59,505 nucleotides of DNA from Silvanigrellaceae bacterium (GTDB lineage: Bacteria; Bdellovibrionota_B; Oligoflexia; Silvanigrellales; Silvanigrellaceae), in contig JBMSQQ010000007.1 of NCBI GenBank assembly GCA_049423385.1, positions 1 through 59,505 on the forward strand, written 5' to 3'. Of the stretch, positions 28,098 to 37,351 are shown piece after piece (positions within the stretch are counted from its first letter, which is position 1; each line of letters opens with the position of its first letter). A model generated the notes under the pieces. The model saw only the letters and a program-made list of their open reading frames with translations. It searched no databases and had not been told where the DNA came from. The translations under genes were made by a program, and so were the position numbers.

Positions 28098-28787
28098 TCA
28101 ATCTGCTCCCTGGCCAATCAATTCTTCCGTCACCTGGCGGGTAACGCCAAAAGCCAAAAACCAACCTTCGTGTCGAATCGTCGGGAACGTGCTGCTGTCT
28201 GTGACAGCTGTGCTGGATGAACCGATGATGTTGTCCGTTCCCAGGCGCCAGCCTAAAATCGCGGAAAGTACATTCCTCCTCTGCAAACCCAAATCAAACT
28301 GCGCGCTCAAAGACAGCTGATCCGGCACTGCTCCCGAGTACTCGGCCTGATTTTGCGAAACCTTCCAGTTGAAAAACGGATACCAGGCTGCACCAAACTC
28401 ACCCAACAACAGCAGACGCGCATCTGATCCCAGATTTTGCACAATTCCACCCAGCAGCGACGGAAGAATCGTGGCAAACTTTGGTTCAAATCCATCACGA
28501 GAAGTGCGATCCAGGATGAAATGCGTGGCGGTTCCTAGAGTGAGCCCTGTCCACTGAAAGAACTGGAAGTGATAGCCATACGAAAGTGACGTCAGAAAAT
28601 TGAACCGTTCCGTGGTCAATGGTTTATCAAGCGCTTTGAGATTGAGCGACCAACGTGATTGCTGCACTCCGGCCGCCACCGTAATATTATGACCAGGCCT
28701 GAATGATCCTCTATACTCACCACGAGACGATTGTCCAAATGCAGGGGAAACCATGAAGAAAGTCGACATCACCATCCAGCGTCGCAT
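28098..28787 (-). CDS. Hypothetical secreted outer-membrane beta-barrel-like protein
   Basis: Signal peptide (SPAFG/Q), amphipathic beta-strand pattern, GAGG RBS. Confidence 0.6.
   Translation of the reverse strand: MRRWMVMSTFFMVSPAFGQSSRGEYRGSFRPGHNITVAAGVQQSRWSLNLKALDKPLTTERFNFLTSLSYGYHFQFFQWTGLTLGTATHFILDRTSRDGFEPKFATILPSLLGGIVQNLGSDARLLLLGEFGAAWYPFFNWKVSQNQAEYSGAVPDQLSLSAQFDLGLQRRNVLSAILGWRLGTDNIIGSSSTAVTDSSTFPTIRHEGWFLAFGVTRQVTEELIGQGAD
28689..28717 (+). promoter_or_regulatory. Candidate sigma70 promoter for the 28753 operon, inside the opposite-strand gene
   Basis: ATGACC-N17-TATACT. Confidence 0.4.
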
Positions 28788-29316
28788 GCTCTTGTTCCTC
28801 TGGTTTCTTGCGTTCGCGATTCCATTTCACCTCTTGGGACTTCATTTTTATTTCTCGTCAAAAGGAGTGCTTTTGTCGAGTGCCATTGCAGCGGGCTTTG
28901 GCGGTGGTGTCCTGCGGGCAATGCGCCATCGCCCCGAATGGCATCCCAATTTGACGCTCATTTCACCATTCATCTTTGTCTGCTCGTTTTATTTTCTCTG
29001 CCCAAGTCCAACAGGACTGCTCTACGGACTCACCGCAACCATTTTTTGCGTTTGTCTTTGGTCGCAGCAACGCTTGCACGCAGAAACCATTTCAGGAGGT
29101 CGTGGCGAGATGAGCGATCTACTTATGGCTGCTGCAAATCCCGCACTTCTGAGCCAATTTGAGAAGCTTTTTGTCCATTGGAGCGTGGCAACTCTCCTGG
29201 CTTGCATCCTCTTTGCATTCACTGGTTCACAATGGATGGCGTTTGTTTCCTTGCTGGCGTTTGCAGTGTTCCTTTCATCGGTGGTAAATTTGCGGAACAC
29301 CAAGGAGTCGAAATGA
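28753..29316 (+). CDS. Hypothetical integral membrane protein
   Basis: About six hydrophobic segments; stop overlaps the next start (ATGA). Confidence 0.6.
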   Translation: MKKVDITIQRRMLLFLWFLAFAIPFHLLGLHFYFSSKGVLLSSAIAAGFGGGVLRAMRHRPEWHPNLTLISPFIFVCSFYFLCPSPTGLLYGLTATIFCVCLWSQQRLHAETISGGRGEMSDLLMAAANPALLSQFEKLFVHWSVATLLACILFAFTGSQWMAFVSLLAFAVFLSSVVNLRNTKESK

Positions 29317-29612
29317 AAAGCCTGCCCGATGAGCTCAAAAAAATTCAAGAGTCGTTGACCGATGTGGCCCGGATCGGCCAGCAAGAGGTCATCCGGGGAG
29401 TCGAGGTTGCCAAACGACAGCTGTCGAGAATGCAGCAACTCAGCCGACGCAAAGACCTTTGCGCAGAACTTGGTCGCTCGTTTTTTGAGTGGCACGAAGA
29501 CAGCTTGCCCGAAGCCCTGCGGAACGTGATCGGCGAAACCGAGCTTGGCGAGATTATCGCGGAGATTCGAGAAATTGACGAACAACTCAACAAGCTTGAT
29601 TCCGCCCCATGA
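29313..29612 (+). CDS. Small helical/coiled-coil hypothetical protein
   Basis: AAGGAG RBS, ATG 29313 (MKSLPDELKK); ATGA coupling on both sides. Confidence 0.7.
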   Translation: MKSLPDELKKIQESLTDVARIGQQEVIRGVEVAKRQLSRMQQLSRRKDLCAELGRSFFEWHEDSLPEALRNVIGETELGEIIAEIREIDEQLNKLDSAP

Positions 29613-30727
29613 TTTCCAATCCAAGCCGACGACCCATTTATTTCGGTTTGATGTTGGTCCTGGTGATCTCATTCTGTTTGTTGTTTTTACGCATTGTCAT
29701 CGGCCCCTTCCTGCTCGCACTTGTCTTGGCATGGCTTTTCAATCCAACAATCGAACGCCTTGAGAAACATGGAGCGAGGCGCACTTTTGTTGTCTGCTTC
29801 GTGCTTTCTCTGATCATCACAATGATTTCCATCGCAGTTTGGTACATTTTGCCTCTTGTGATGCACCAACTCGAACAGGTGATAAAGACCCTGCCCAGGG
29901 CTCAAAAACACCTTGAATTGAACCTGTTGCCGAATCTGAAAAAAGTCTTGTCTGTCTATATTGGTCCTTCAAAGCAATTGGACAATTTGCAAACCCTGAT
30001 GGCCAATTACGAGCTCTCGCCAGACCTCATCATTCAAACCCTTTCCTTTTCGCGTATCATCGACAACACAAGAATCCTCGCAGGGTGGGCATTGGCGTTG
30101 ATTCTGTCGCCGGTATTTGCATTCTTTCTGATGCGTGATTTCCGCAGGCTTGTTCAAAAATCGGTCTACCTGATCCCTCCCGACCTGCGTCATAGCGCCC
30201 GGATTTTCACATTGCAGGTTGACCGCACGCTGCGTGCAGTCGTCCGAGGCCAGTTGTTGGTCGTGTCATTGTTGTCAACCCTCTATGCAACCGCTTTTGC
30301 ACTTGCCGGTTTGCCCGGAGGCGTTGCTGTTGGAGTTCTTACGGGAGTCGCAAGAATCATTCCCTATTTGGACATCGTCGTTGGCAGCTTGCTCTCTTTT
30401 TTGATTATTATCGCCAACGATTCTCCCGCCGCGGTGGTGTTTGGCGTGTTGGCATGCTTTGCAGTGATTCAACTCCTCGACGCGCTGTTTCTGACTCCAA
30501 AAATCATGGGCCAATTTTCAGGTCTCCATCCCTTTATCATCATCGTCGCCGTTCTGTGTTTTGGCGACTGGTTTGGAGTTTATGGGGTCATACTCGCCAT
30601 CCCACTGGCGGCTTTCGGCAGGGTGGCGCTGCTTCACCTGCTTGACGCATATCGAAATTCGCAGTTTTATCGTGGCTTGCAGGGAATCGAGAACCCTGTG
30701 GAGTTGGGTTTGAGGAATGACGTTTGA
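29609..30727 (+). CDS. AI-2E (PerM) family transporter
   Basis: PFLLALVLAWLFNP, VVRGQLLV, IIPYL, LTPKIMG...LHP, GVILAIP. Confidence 0.9.
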   Translation: MISNPSRRPIYFGLMLVLVISFCLLFLRIVIGPFLLALVLAWLFNPTIERLEKHGARRTFVVCFVLSLIITMISIAVWYILPLVMHQLEQVIKTLPRAQKHLELNLLPNLKKVLSVYIGPSKQLDNLQTLMANYELSPDLIIQTLSFSRIIDNTRILAGWALALILSPVFAFFLMRDFRRLVQKSVYLIPPDLRHSARIFTLQVDRTLRAVVRGQLLVVSLLSTLYATAFALAGLPGGVAVGVLTGVARIIPYLDIVVGSLLSFLIIIANDSPAAVVFGVLACFAVIQLLDALFLTPKIMGQFSGLHPFIIIVAVLCFGDWFGVYGVILAIPLAAFGRVALLHLLDAYRNSQFYRGLQGIENPVELGLRNDV

Positions 30728-31353
30728 CTGAAGCGCTGCCCACGACGTGGAATAAAATATTTCTGCTCTACTCCGAAGCCTCTTGGGATTCCCTCTATCG
30801 GTTTTCACTCAGTCTTTGTAAAAACGATTCCGAAGCCGAAGACCTGACCCAACAAACATTGCTCAAGGCGCTTCAGTCGCTGCCTTCCTTTTTTCTTGTG
30901 AATTATTCAGCAAAATCGGAGGCAGAAGCCTTCGCAGTTGCAGGTCGCCAAGGCGAAAAAGAACTGCAGACCCACCTGCTGCATTGGATGTTGAAAATTT
31001 GCAAGAACACATTCCTCGATGAACGGAGTCGTGCCAGCCGACGATACACACACACTTCCCTCGAAGACTGGGGTGAAGAAAATGCAGACGAACATCGGAC
31101 AGCTCATGCTTCCCCTGAAAACAACACCGACTCCGCGCCTTCCAGCTTGGCAGCCTCGGAAAAATTGTTTTTTGAGCAGGCTCTGGATGATGATTGGAAA
31201 TCCCGATTCGAGGAACTCAACCCTAGGCAACGAACAATTCTCTTCCTTGCGGCGGAAGATTATAGTTACAAAGAAATCGCACAGTTACTGGAAATTCCGA
31301 TAGGCACCGTCATGAGCACCCTCAGTCGCGCCATAGTGAAGCTGAAAAAATAA
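30724..31353 (+). CDS. ECF-type RNA polymerase sigma factor
   Basis: Region 2 AEDLTQQT...WMLKICKNTFLD; region 4 YSYKEIAQLLEIPIGTVMSTLSRA. Confidence 0.9.
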   Translation: MTEALPTTWNKIFLLYSEASWDSLYRFSLSLCKNDSEAEDLTQQTLLKALQSLPSFFLVNYSAKSEAEAFAVAGRQGEKELQTHLLHWMLKICKNTFLDERSRASRRYTHTSLEDWGEENADEHRTAHASPENNTDSAPSSLAASEKLFFEQALDDDWKSRFEELNPRQRTILFLAAEDYSYKEIAQLLEIPIGTVMSTLSRAIVKLKK

Positions 31354-31372
31354 GCAGACAATTGATTCTGAT

Positions 31373-31400
31373 GGAATAAACGGATGGCTTGCTCCGTACT
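31373..31400 (+). promoter_or_regulatory. ECF-type promoter between sigma and anti-sigma genes
   Basis: GGAATA-N16-CGTACT, matching the general ECF GGAAY/CGT pattern. Confidence 0.5.
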
Positions 31401-31426
31401 CTATGTAGTGGACAATGGAGCTTCCC

Positions 31427-32152
31427 ATGACCAAGAACGATAAAAACCAAATTCAAAAACAGCCTTGGCAGGCCCAAGTTCTTGGTTATTTTACAGAAAA
31501 AAAACTACCTTCAGCAACCCGCGAATCGTTCAAATCAATGATTCTCGAAACGCCCGTTGTTGAGACCGCTCTCCAAACAAGCATAACAACAAGTCATCAA
31601 AGCAGTAAATGGACAACCACCCTGATGAGCTCTGCTGTAAGCGCTGTTTTGGCTGCGTCCATCACGCTCATGGTGGTTAAAAACTCCGCAGATGAACAGC
31701 CTGACCCCATCGCGGAGTTGGCTCAGTTGCAAGGTCCCAAGATGTATCCTCCAGACTTTGATCTGGAGGGCGACTCCAAAGCAATGCAGGACATCGTTTA
31801 CGAACTTTTTTCAGACAAGGACTTTTTTGTCTCAAAGCTGCCGGCGCAAGTTCTTGCGGAGTACAAGCCAAGTGAAGGCCGATTCTTCTCGTGGGATGGA
31901 GAACCAGCAGTCAGCATTCAAATGAACAAAGACTCCAACAACAACTCCACCCTATCCAAATTGGGTGCAGATCCCGCCACATTGTTTATCGTGAAGCTCT
32001 CCGAGCGCTCTCAGCGGAAATTCCCAAAGGAAAAAGTCACCCGCAAAGTCGCTGGCCAGGCTGGAAAAATGCACAAGGTCAAAGTGTGGCGCGAAGGTAA
32101 ATTTGGCTATGCCATGGTCCAATCCGTCGCAGTCACCGACACAACCCCCTGA
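31427..32152 (+). CDS. Putative single-TM anti-sigma factor
   Basis: Directly downstream of the ECF gene; short cytoplasmic N-terminus, one TM, periplasmic C-domain; GGAG RBS. Confidence 0.6.
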   Translation: MTKNDKNQIQKQPWQAQVLGYFTEKKLPSATRESFKSMILETPVVETALQTSITTSHQSSKWTTTLMSSAVSAVLAASITLMVVKNSADEQPDPIAELAQLQGPKMYPPDFDLEGDSKAMQDIVYELFSDKDFFVSKLPAQVLAEYKPSEGRFFSWDGEPAVSIQMNKDSNNNSTLSKLGADPATLFIVKLSERSQRKFPKEKVTRKVAGQAGKMHKVKVWREGKFGYAMVQSVAVTDTTP

Positions 32153-32203
32153 ATCGGGAAAAAAAAAAGACATTTGGCCATGAAATGTTGAATCACTCCT
32201 GAT

Positions 32204-33691
32204 TCAAGTGCGCTTGTACTTGCTGAAGTCTGCCAACATATGGACTTGTCCCAAAAGTGTTCGGCGGAAGTCCTGCAAATCCAGACTTTCATTTTCCGAA
32301 TGAGCGTTTGTGTAAGGGTCCTCGACTCCCACCAGAATGGCAGGAATACCGCCAAGCTCCTCCGACAAGGGCTGAACAAACGGAATGCTTGCACCGCAGC
32401 CGATAAATTGTGTGCTGCGACCGTATCCCTTTTCCAATGATCGAGCAGCAATCTGGTAGGCAGGTTCGTTCAAATCATTCACACACCACCAATTGCTTGC
32501 CGACTGGGGAACCAACTTCAAATTGAAACCCGTCGGAGCGTGTTTGCGAAAATGCGACTCGAGCGCAGCGAGAACTTTTTCCGGCTTCATATCGGGAACG
32601 ATTCGAATCGAGACACGAGCCCAGGCACCATCCTGAATCACATTGCTCACAAGCTTTCTGCTTCCGCTCTGAATTGCGTTCACACTCAGTGAAGGAGTGC
32701 GCCACAACGCCTCGGCAAAAGAAGTTTCGGGAACAACAAACGGCAAACCATTCAACAGACCAGTTGCTCGCCGGGCGAGATTTTCCATGCGCAACGACTC
32801 GAAGCCAAGACGCTCCGAATTAGAAAGCGGACGAACATCTTCGTAGATGCCATCAACCGCCATTCGCCCTTCGCCGTCGGTCAAAGTGCCCAACAATTTG
32901 CTCAAAGCCAGAACGGGATCAGGAAGAATTCCTCCCCAAAGCCCCGAGTGGACCGGATGAGTCAGTGATTCAAGTTCAACATCAAGCGCAACAAGTCCGC
33001 GCAAAGCTGTGGTCACACTTGGAATACCCGAATCAATATTCGCACAGTCGGTGAGGATCATCGCATCCGCACTCAACGCGTGACGATAACGGCGCACAAA
33101 TTCAGCGAGGTGCTGACTTCCTGTTTCTTCTTCACCTTCAATCAAAACTTTCACGTTGACCGGAAGTTCACCACTGGTTTTCAGAAACGACGCAATAGCC
33201 GCGATATGAGCAAGAATGCCGGCTTTGTCGTCGGCTGTTCCACGACCGTACAATCGACCCTGAGAAACCGTGGGCGCAAACGGCTGGGATTTCCACTTTT
33301 CATCGCGCCCCGGCGGCTGAACATCATGGTGAGCGTAAAGGAGCAATGTCGGGGCATCCTTTTTATGAACCCATTCCGCGTAAACATAAGGGTGCACATC
33401 ACCAAAAGAGAGCAGTTCAACCTTTTCAAGGCCTGCACGGCGCAAGGCTTCGGCGGTGGCCTCGCCACTCAGCTTAAGTTGAGTGGGATCAAAACCATCC
33501 AGGCTGACGCTTGGAATCTTGACCAGGGTTTCCAATTCCGACAGCCATTGGGACATGTTTTTTTCGCAGTAGTCCAAGGCTTTCTGGGTTTCATCGCTTG
33601 GTGCAACCACGTACAGCGGTTCACCCTTTTCATTTTTGCAGCCACACGCAGGACCATGACGGTGCGAAGAATTCATGAAGATCGACCTCAT
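32204..33691 (-). CDS. M20-family metallo-dipeptidase
   Basis: YAHHDVQP, GRGTADDK, EGEEE, HSGLWGG, AHSENE. Start may be 33676. Confidence 0.93.
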   Translation of the reverse strand: MRSIFMNSSHRHGPACGCKNEKGEPLYVVAPSDETQKALDYCEKNMSQWLSELETLVKIPSVSLDGFDPTQLKLSGEATAEALRRAGLEKVELLSFGDVHPYVYAEWVHKKDAPTLLLYAHHDVQPPGRDEKWKSQPFAPTVSQGRLYGRGTADDKAGILAHIAAIASFLKTSGELPVNVKVLIEGEEETGSQHLAEFVRRYRHALSADAMILTDCANIDSGIPSVTTALRGLVALDVELESLTHPVHSGLWGGILPDPVLALSKLLGTLTDGEGRMAVDGIYEDVRPLSNSERLGFESLRMENLARRATGLLNGLPFVVPETSFAEALWRTPSLSVNAIQSGSRKLVSNVIQDGAWARVSIRIVPDMKPEKVLAALESHFRKHAPTGFNLKLVPQSASNWWCVNDLNEPAYQIAARSLEKGYGRSTQFIGCGASIPFVQPLSEELGGIPAILVGVEDPYTNAHSENESLDLQDFRRTLLGQVHMLADFSKYKRT

Positions 33692-33693
33692 TT

Positions 33694-34326
33694 TTATTGG
33701 CGAACAATTTCCCAGGCAGCGTTGACCAGCTGGATGGCATCCCGAGCGATGCTTCTGTTGTGATCCGGATGACAGACTTTCACCATTTCAAGGTACTTTT
33801 GTCGTTTTTCTGAAGTCGTCATTCCGAGCTCAATTCCCAAAAGCTGGCGCGCCCATTCGACGCTTCCCTCAGTCCAATAGGACGCCCTCTGTCGTCGCGA
33901 CTCAAAATCCGGAAGCTCTGCATGCGGTGTTGAGGTTTGTTCATCTTCCACCTCAAAATCAGAACGCTCTCCTTTGGCCCTGGTGATGCGCGAACGCAAA
34001 TCCCTCAGAATGGCTTCTCGCTGCTCGAGACGCGCTTTCTTTTCCTGTTTTTCGGAATTGGATTTGACTCGTGCACGCCAATAGTTTTGACCTTCGGCTT
34101 CGGCCTCATGTCGCTTTTGGCTGGAGTCGGAGACTTCATTTTCAGGAATGGGAACACTACGGGCCAGCAATGATTTGATGGTCTCGGCAATCGCCGCCAA
34201 CGCAACACGATTTTCAGGGTCGGCCAACGCGGCCGAATTCAAAGCCGTGATTGCCTTCAAACAGTTGGCAATTGCCATGCGTGCGTCCGGGGTGTCTCCA
34301 GACAGGTTCGATGTCTCGACGACCAT
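33694..34326 (-). CDS. Protein with C-terminal J domain
   Basis: ARQLLGI...KYLEMVKVCHPDHN...VNAAWE; GGAGG RBS before ATG 34326. Confidence 0.8.
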   Translation of the reverse strand: MVVETSNLSGDTPDARMAIANCLKAITALNSAALADPENRVALAAIAETIKSLLARSVPIPENEVSDSSQKRHEAEAEGQNYWRARVKSNSEKQEKKARLEQREAILRDLRSRITRAKGERSDFEVEDEQTSTPHAELPDFESRRQRASYWTEGSVEWARQLLGIELGMTTSEKRQKYLEMVKVCHPDHNRSIARDAIQLVNAAWEIVRQ

Positions 34327-34396
34327 AAAAACAGCCTCCACCCAAAGTCGTACTCCCTGGATGAAGGCCATGCAAGGCGAGAGCAAAACGTCAGGC

Positions 34397-35209
34397 TTAA
34401 TCCACTAAGCCAGCCTGGCGTCCAGCACTCTTGAAACGGGTGAACAGGTTGAGCTGATTTTCTGGACGCTTGTAGGTCCGTGCATCCTTGCCCACGACAT
34501 CAAAGCCATCGTAAGGCAACAGGCTGACAGGCTGCATTTGAACGCCTGCGGTGTTGACGGTGAAGCCGTTGGCCGAGCCGGAACCGCTGAGTGTGTTCAG
34601 GTCTGTTGCAACGAAAATGCCACCGGGTGCAACCATTTGTCCATTGTTCATCTTTGGACCAAAGAACGAAACCACACCAATGTTCTTCTTGCTTTTGTCC
34701 TGAAGAGTTTGCGAAATGGCAAGACCTTCGGGGAAACGGCTGTCAACAAAGTTCAATTCAAGAGCAACACCGACGTATCGTTTGGCTGCCGTGGTGCCGA
34801 GGTAGAGCTTGGTGTTGAGCTTGCTGTCGCGTTTGAGCATGACCGAATACATGTCAGTGCTGATGAACGACGGCAAAGTCACGCCGTTTGGAAGGCTTGT
34901 AGTCCGACCAACCGAAAGTTCCTTGTCCAGGAAGGCTGAAAAGTCGATGTCGGTTGCAATCTGGAATCCATGCTGGGAATTTGCAGGAATCAGGCGCACC
35001 CAACCCATGTTCTTGATTGGAATTGCAACTTCCATGTTGAGCGCGATTTCGGTGTTGAACTCGGTCAACAAGCTGGCCTTGCGCTCTTCAAGATTGAAGC
35101 TGAAATTTTTCACAATCTGACTGACAGATGCACCACAGGCGACAGCCAGCACACCCGCCAGAGTGACCACCGGAAATACGCGGCGAAATGAATCTAGGGT
35201 CTGTTTCAT
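34397..35209 (-). CDS. Hypothetical lipoprotein
   Basis: MKQ...LAVAC lipobox; AGAGGA RBS; beta-rich. Confidence 0.7.
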   Translation of the reverse strand: MKQTLDSFRRVFPVVTLAGVLAVACGASVSQIVKNFSFNLEERKASLLTEFNTEIALNMEVAIPIKNMGWVRLIPANSQHGFQIATDIDFSAFLDKELSVGRTTSLPNGVTLPSFISTDMYSVMLKRDSKLNTKLYLGTTAAKRYVGVALELNFVDSRFPEGLAISQTLQDKSKKNIGVVSFFGPKMNNGQMVAPGGIFVATDLNTLSGSGSANGFTVNTAGVQMQPVSLLPYDGFDVVGKDARTYKRPENQLNLFTRFKSAGRQAGLVD

Positions 35210-35273
35210 GGCAATTCTTCCTCTAATGAAGCCATTTTCGCGAGCAGGAACCCCTTCCGTACTCACACCGGGG

Positions 35274-35301
35274 TTATCGGCGGGTGTTTTCAGGAACTGA
35301 G
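35274..35301 (-). promoter_or_regulatory. Sigma28/FliA-like promoter
   Basis: CTCAG-N15-GCCGATAA on the minus strand, with a perfect FliA -10, upstream of the lipoprotein gene starting at 35209. Confidence 0.55.
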
Positions 35302-35430
35302 AAAAATCTTCACCATGGTTTGACGCAGGCCTTCATAATTCACATGCAAGCCTCTATTATAATTTGACCTTGAAGGATGAAATGGAATTTGATTTAAAAA
35401 ACAATCAAAACCCGAAGTGAGGACAGCTGC

Positions 35431-36297
35431 ATGGAAAACGACTCTCAGCAAGCTTTGCTGGTCCTCGAATTCATCAGTTATTCCGAAACGATTTTGAGAA
35501 TTTGCCTCGTACTTTTCTTTGGCCTGGCAATGATTCTTGACGCTGCGGCAATTTATTGGCGTGACAAGGAAAGTCGTTGGACGGACGTCGCCAGACGAGC
35601 CGCCAGAGGTTTCTTTTTGTTTGCCGTGTTTTTGAGCGCAGGACATTTCACGCTCTTGTTGATCTCACCGAGCAGCCGAATCTTGACCATTATCCTCTCT
35701 GGTCTTGCCAGCTTTATTGCCATCATCGCCTTGCTGCTTGAACGCGACAAACACGAACTCAGACCCCTCAAATTCTTGATGGGTTCGATCATCTGGGCGC
35801 TCACGGTGGCATCTCCCTTCTTCAACGAAACATCTTCTGCCCCATTGCATTCGCTCCCTGGCCTGTCTTTGCTGCACATTGCAACCGCAATTTCGGGTGA
35901 GGCCCTGTGCATGGTCGCGTTTTCAAGCTCTTTGCTTTACTTGTGGGACTACAGCAGGCTCAAATCCCGTCTCCTGGAGCGCAGGCCTTTCATGCCCAGC
36001 CTGGAGAGTCTCGACAAGATTGTTGGCCGGAGCTCCCTGGTGGGATTTCTGCTCATCAGCACAAGCCTGGCGACAGGCGTGATGTTGATTGTCGATATTC
36101 GCCTGAGAAACCATCTGTCGACCCTCAAGGTGATTTGGGCTTTTGCGGTCTGGGGATGGTACCTCCTTGCGCTCGTTGGCCGGAGTTACTGGGGATGGAC
36201 TGGTCGACGAGGTGCACATCTTTCGATTTGGGGAACCCTGCTGTTGGGACTGACTCTGTTTGGAACCATCTGGAATATTTCCGGCCAAGGACGCTGA
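35431..36297 (+). CDS. Cytochrome c assembly (CcsA/YpjD/HemX-like) membrane protein
   Basis: About eight TMs; LLHIATA, PSLESLDKI, KVIWAFAVWGWY, GWTGRRGA; upstream of hemA as in many deltaproteobacteria. Confidence 0.8.
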   Translation: MENDSQQALLVLEFISYSETILRICLVLFFGLAMILDAAAIYWRDKESRWTDVARRAARGFFLFAVFLSAGHFTLLLISPSSRILTIILSGLASFIAIIALLLERDKHELRPLKFLMGSIIWALTVASPFFNETSSAPLHSLPGLSLLHIATAISGEALCMVAFSSSLLYLWDYSRLKSRLLERRPFMPSLESLDKIVGRSSLVGFLLISTSLATGVMLIVDIRLRNHLSTLKVIWAFAVWGWYLLALVGRSYWGWTGRRGAHLSIWGTLLLGLTLFGTIWNISGQGR

Positions 36298-36310
36298 CAG
36301 GTGCGAACAC

Positions 36311-37351
36311 ATGAATAAGAAATTATCCAAAGTTCTCATACTGCATACCGGCGGAACGTTTGCCATGACGCTCGATCCGAAGTTGCAGGCATCAAGACAA
36401 GAAACTTCTTTCCTCGATTCACTCTTGAGCCGTGTCCCCGAAATTCAACAGCTTGCCGATATCGAGATGGAAATTGTCAGCAACATCGACTCCTCAGATG
36501 TTGATTCAGAACTCTGGAAAAAACTCGCAACTGCAATTCACGATCATTGGGACCGTTTCGACGGCTGCGTTATTGTCCATGGAACCGACACAATGGCATA
36601 TACAGCCAGCGCACTTTCATTCATGCTCGCCGGCCTCACCAAACCGGTTGTTCTGACAGGCTCGCAACGCCCTCTGGCCGAACTGCGCACCGACGCGCGT
36701 GCCAACATTGTCGATGCCGTCGAGTTGGCAACAACAGGTCATCCGGAAATCATGGTTTGTTTCGACAGCGTGGTTTATCGGGGTTCACGGGTAACCAAAC
36801 GCAGCAGCGAACATTTGCATGCCTTTGCTGCACAGCACTCGTCACCATTGGGCCATTTCGGCGTTCACTTCAACGTCAACAAAAGTCTCATGAAACCTGC
36901 AGTCGCCAGAGCCCAGCGTCACAAGCCGTCTTTGGATTTGCGCGTCAATCCATCCATCTGCGTCCTCGATGTCATCCCGGGCACGAGTCTGCCACCACAA
37001 ATGATTCAAACCCTTGTTGAAAATCACAAGGGAATCATCGTGCGGGGGTTTGGCGTCGGCAATCTCCCACTCGACAATCGCTGCTGGCTTGATCTCGCAG
37101 AATCGGCAACGGCGAACGAAATCCCTCTGGTCATTGCATCGCAATGTCAAACTGGAAGCATCGATTTGCAGAGCTATGAAAATGGTCGGGCATTTGCTCA
37201 ACGAGGAGCCATGTCGGGCCACAACATGGGACTCGAATGCCTGAGCCTGAAATTGATGATCATGCTCGGTCGGAAGATTCCCTTTTCGCAAAGGCATGAA
37301 TTTTTTGAAACACCCTTGTGCGGGGAATGCGGTGAGGCTGGTCCAGGATGA
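36311..37351 (+). CDS. ansA: Type I (cytoplasmic) L-asparaginase/glutaminase
   Basis: HTGGTFAM, NIDSSD, HGTDTMAYTASALSF, LTGSQRP. Confidence 0.9.
   Translation: MNKKLSKVLILHTGGTFAMTLDPKLQASRQETSFLDSLLSRVPEIQQLADIEMEIVSNIDSSDVDSELWKKLATAIHDHWDRFDGCVIVHGTDTMAYTASALSFMLAGLTKPVVLTGSQRPLAELRTDARANIVDAVELATTGHPEIMVCFDSVVYRGSRVTKRSSEHLHAFAAQHSSPLGHFGVHFNVNKSLMKPAVARAQRHKPSLDLRVNPSICVLDVIPGTSLPPQMIQTLVENHKGIIVRGFGVGNLPLDNRCWLDLAESATANEIPLVIASQCQTGSIDLQSYENGRAFAQRGAMSGHNMGLECLSLKLMIMLGRKIPFSQRHEFFETPLCGECGEAGPG

Noticed and set aside
30749..30777. Second ECF promoter inside the sigma gene (GGAATAAA...TGCTCTACTC)
   Set aside because: It is coding sequence and has no CGT at the correct spacing; probably coincidental.
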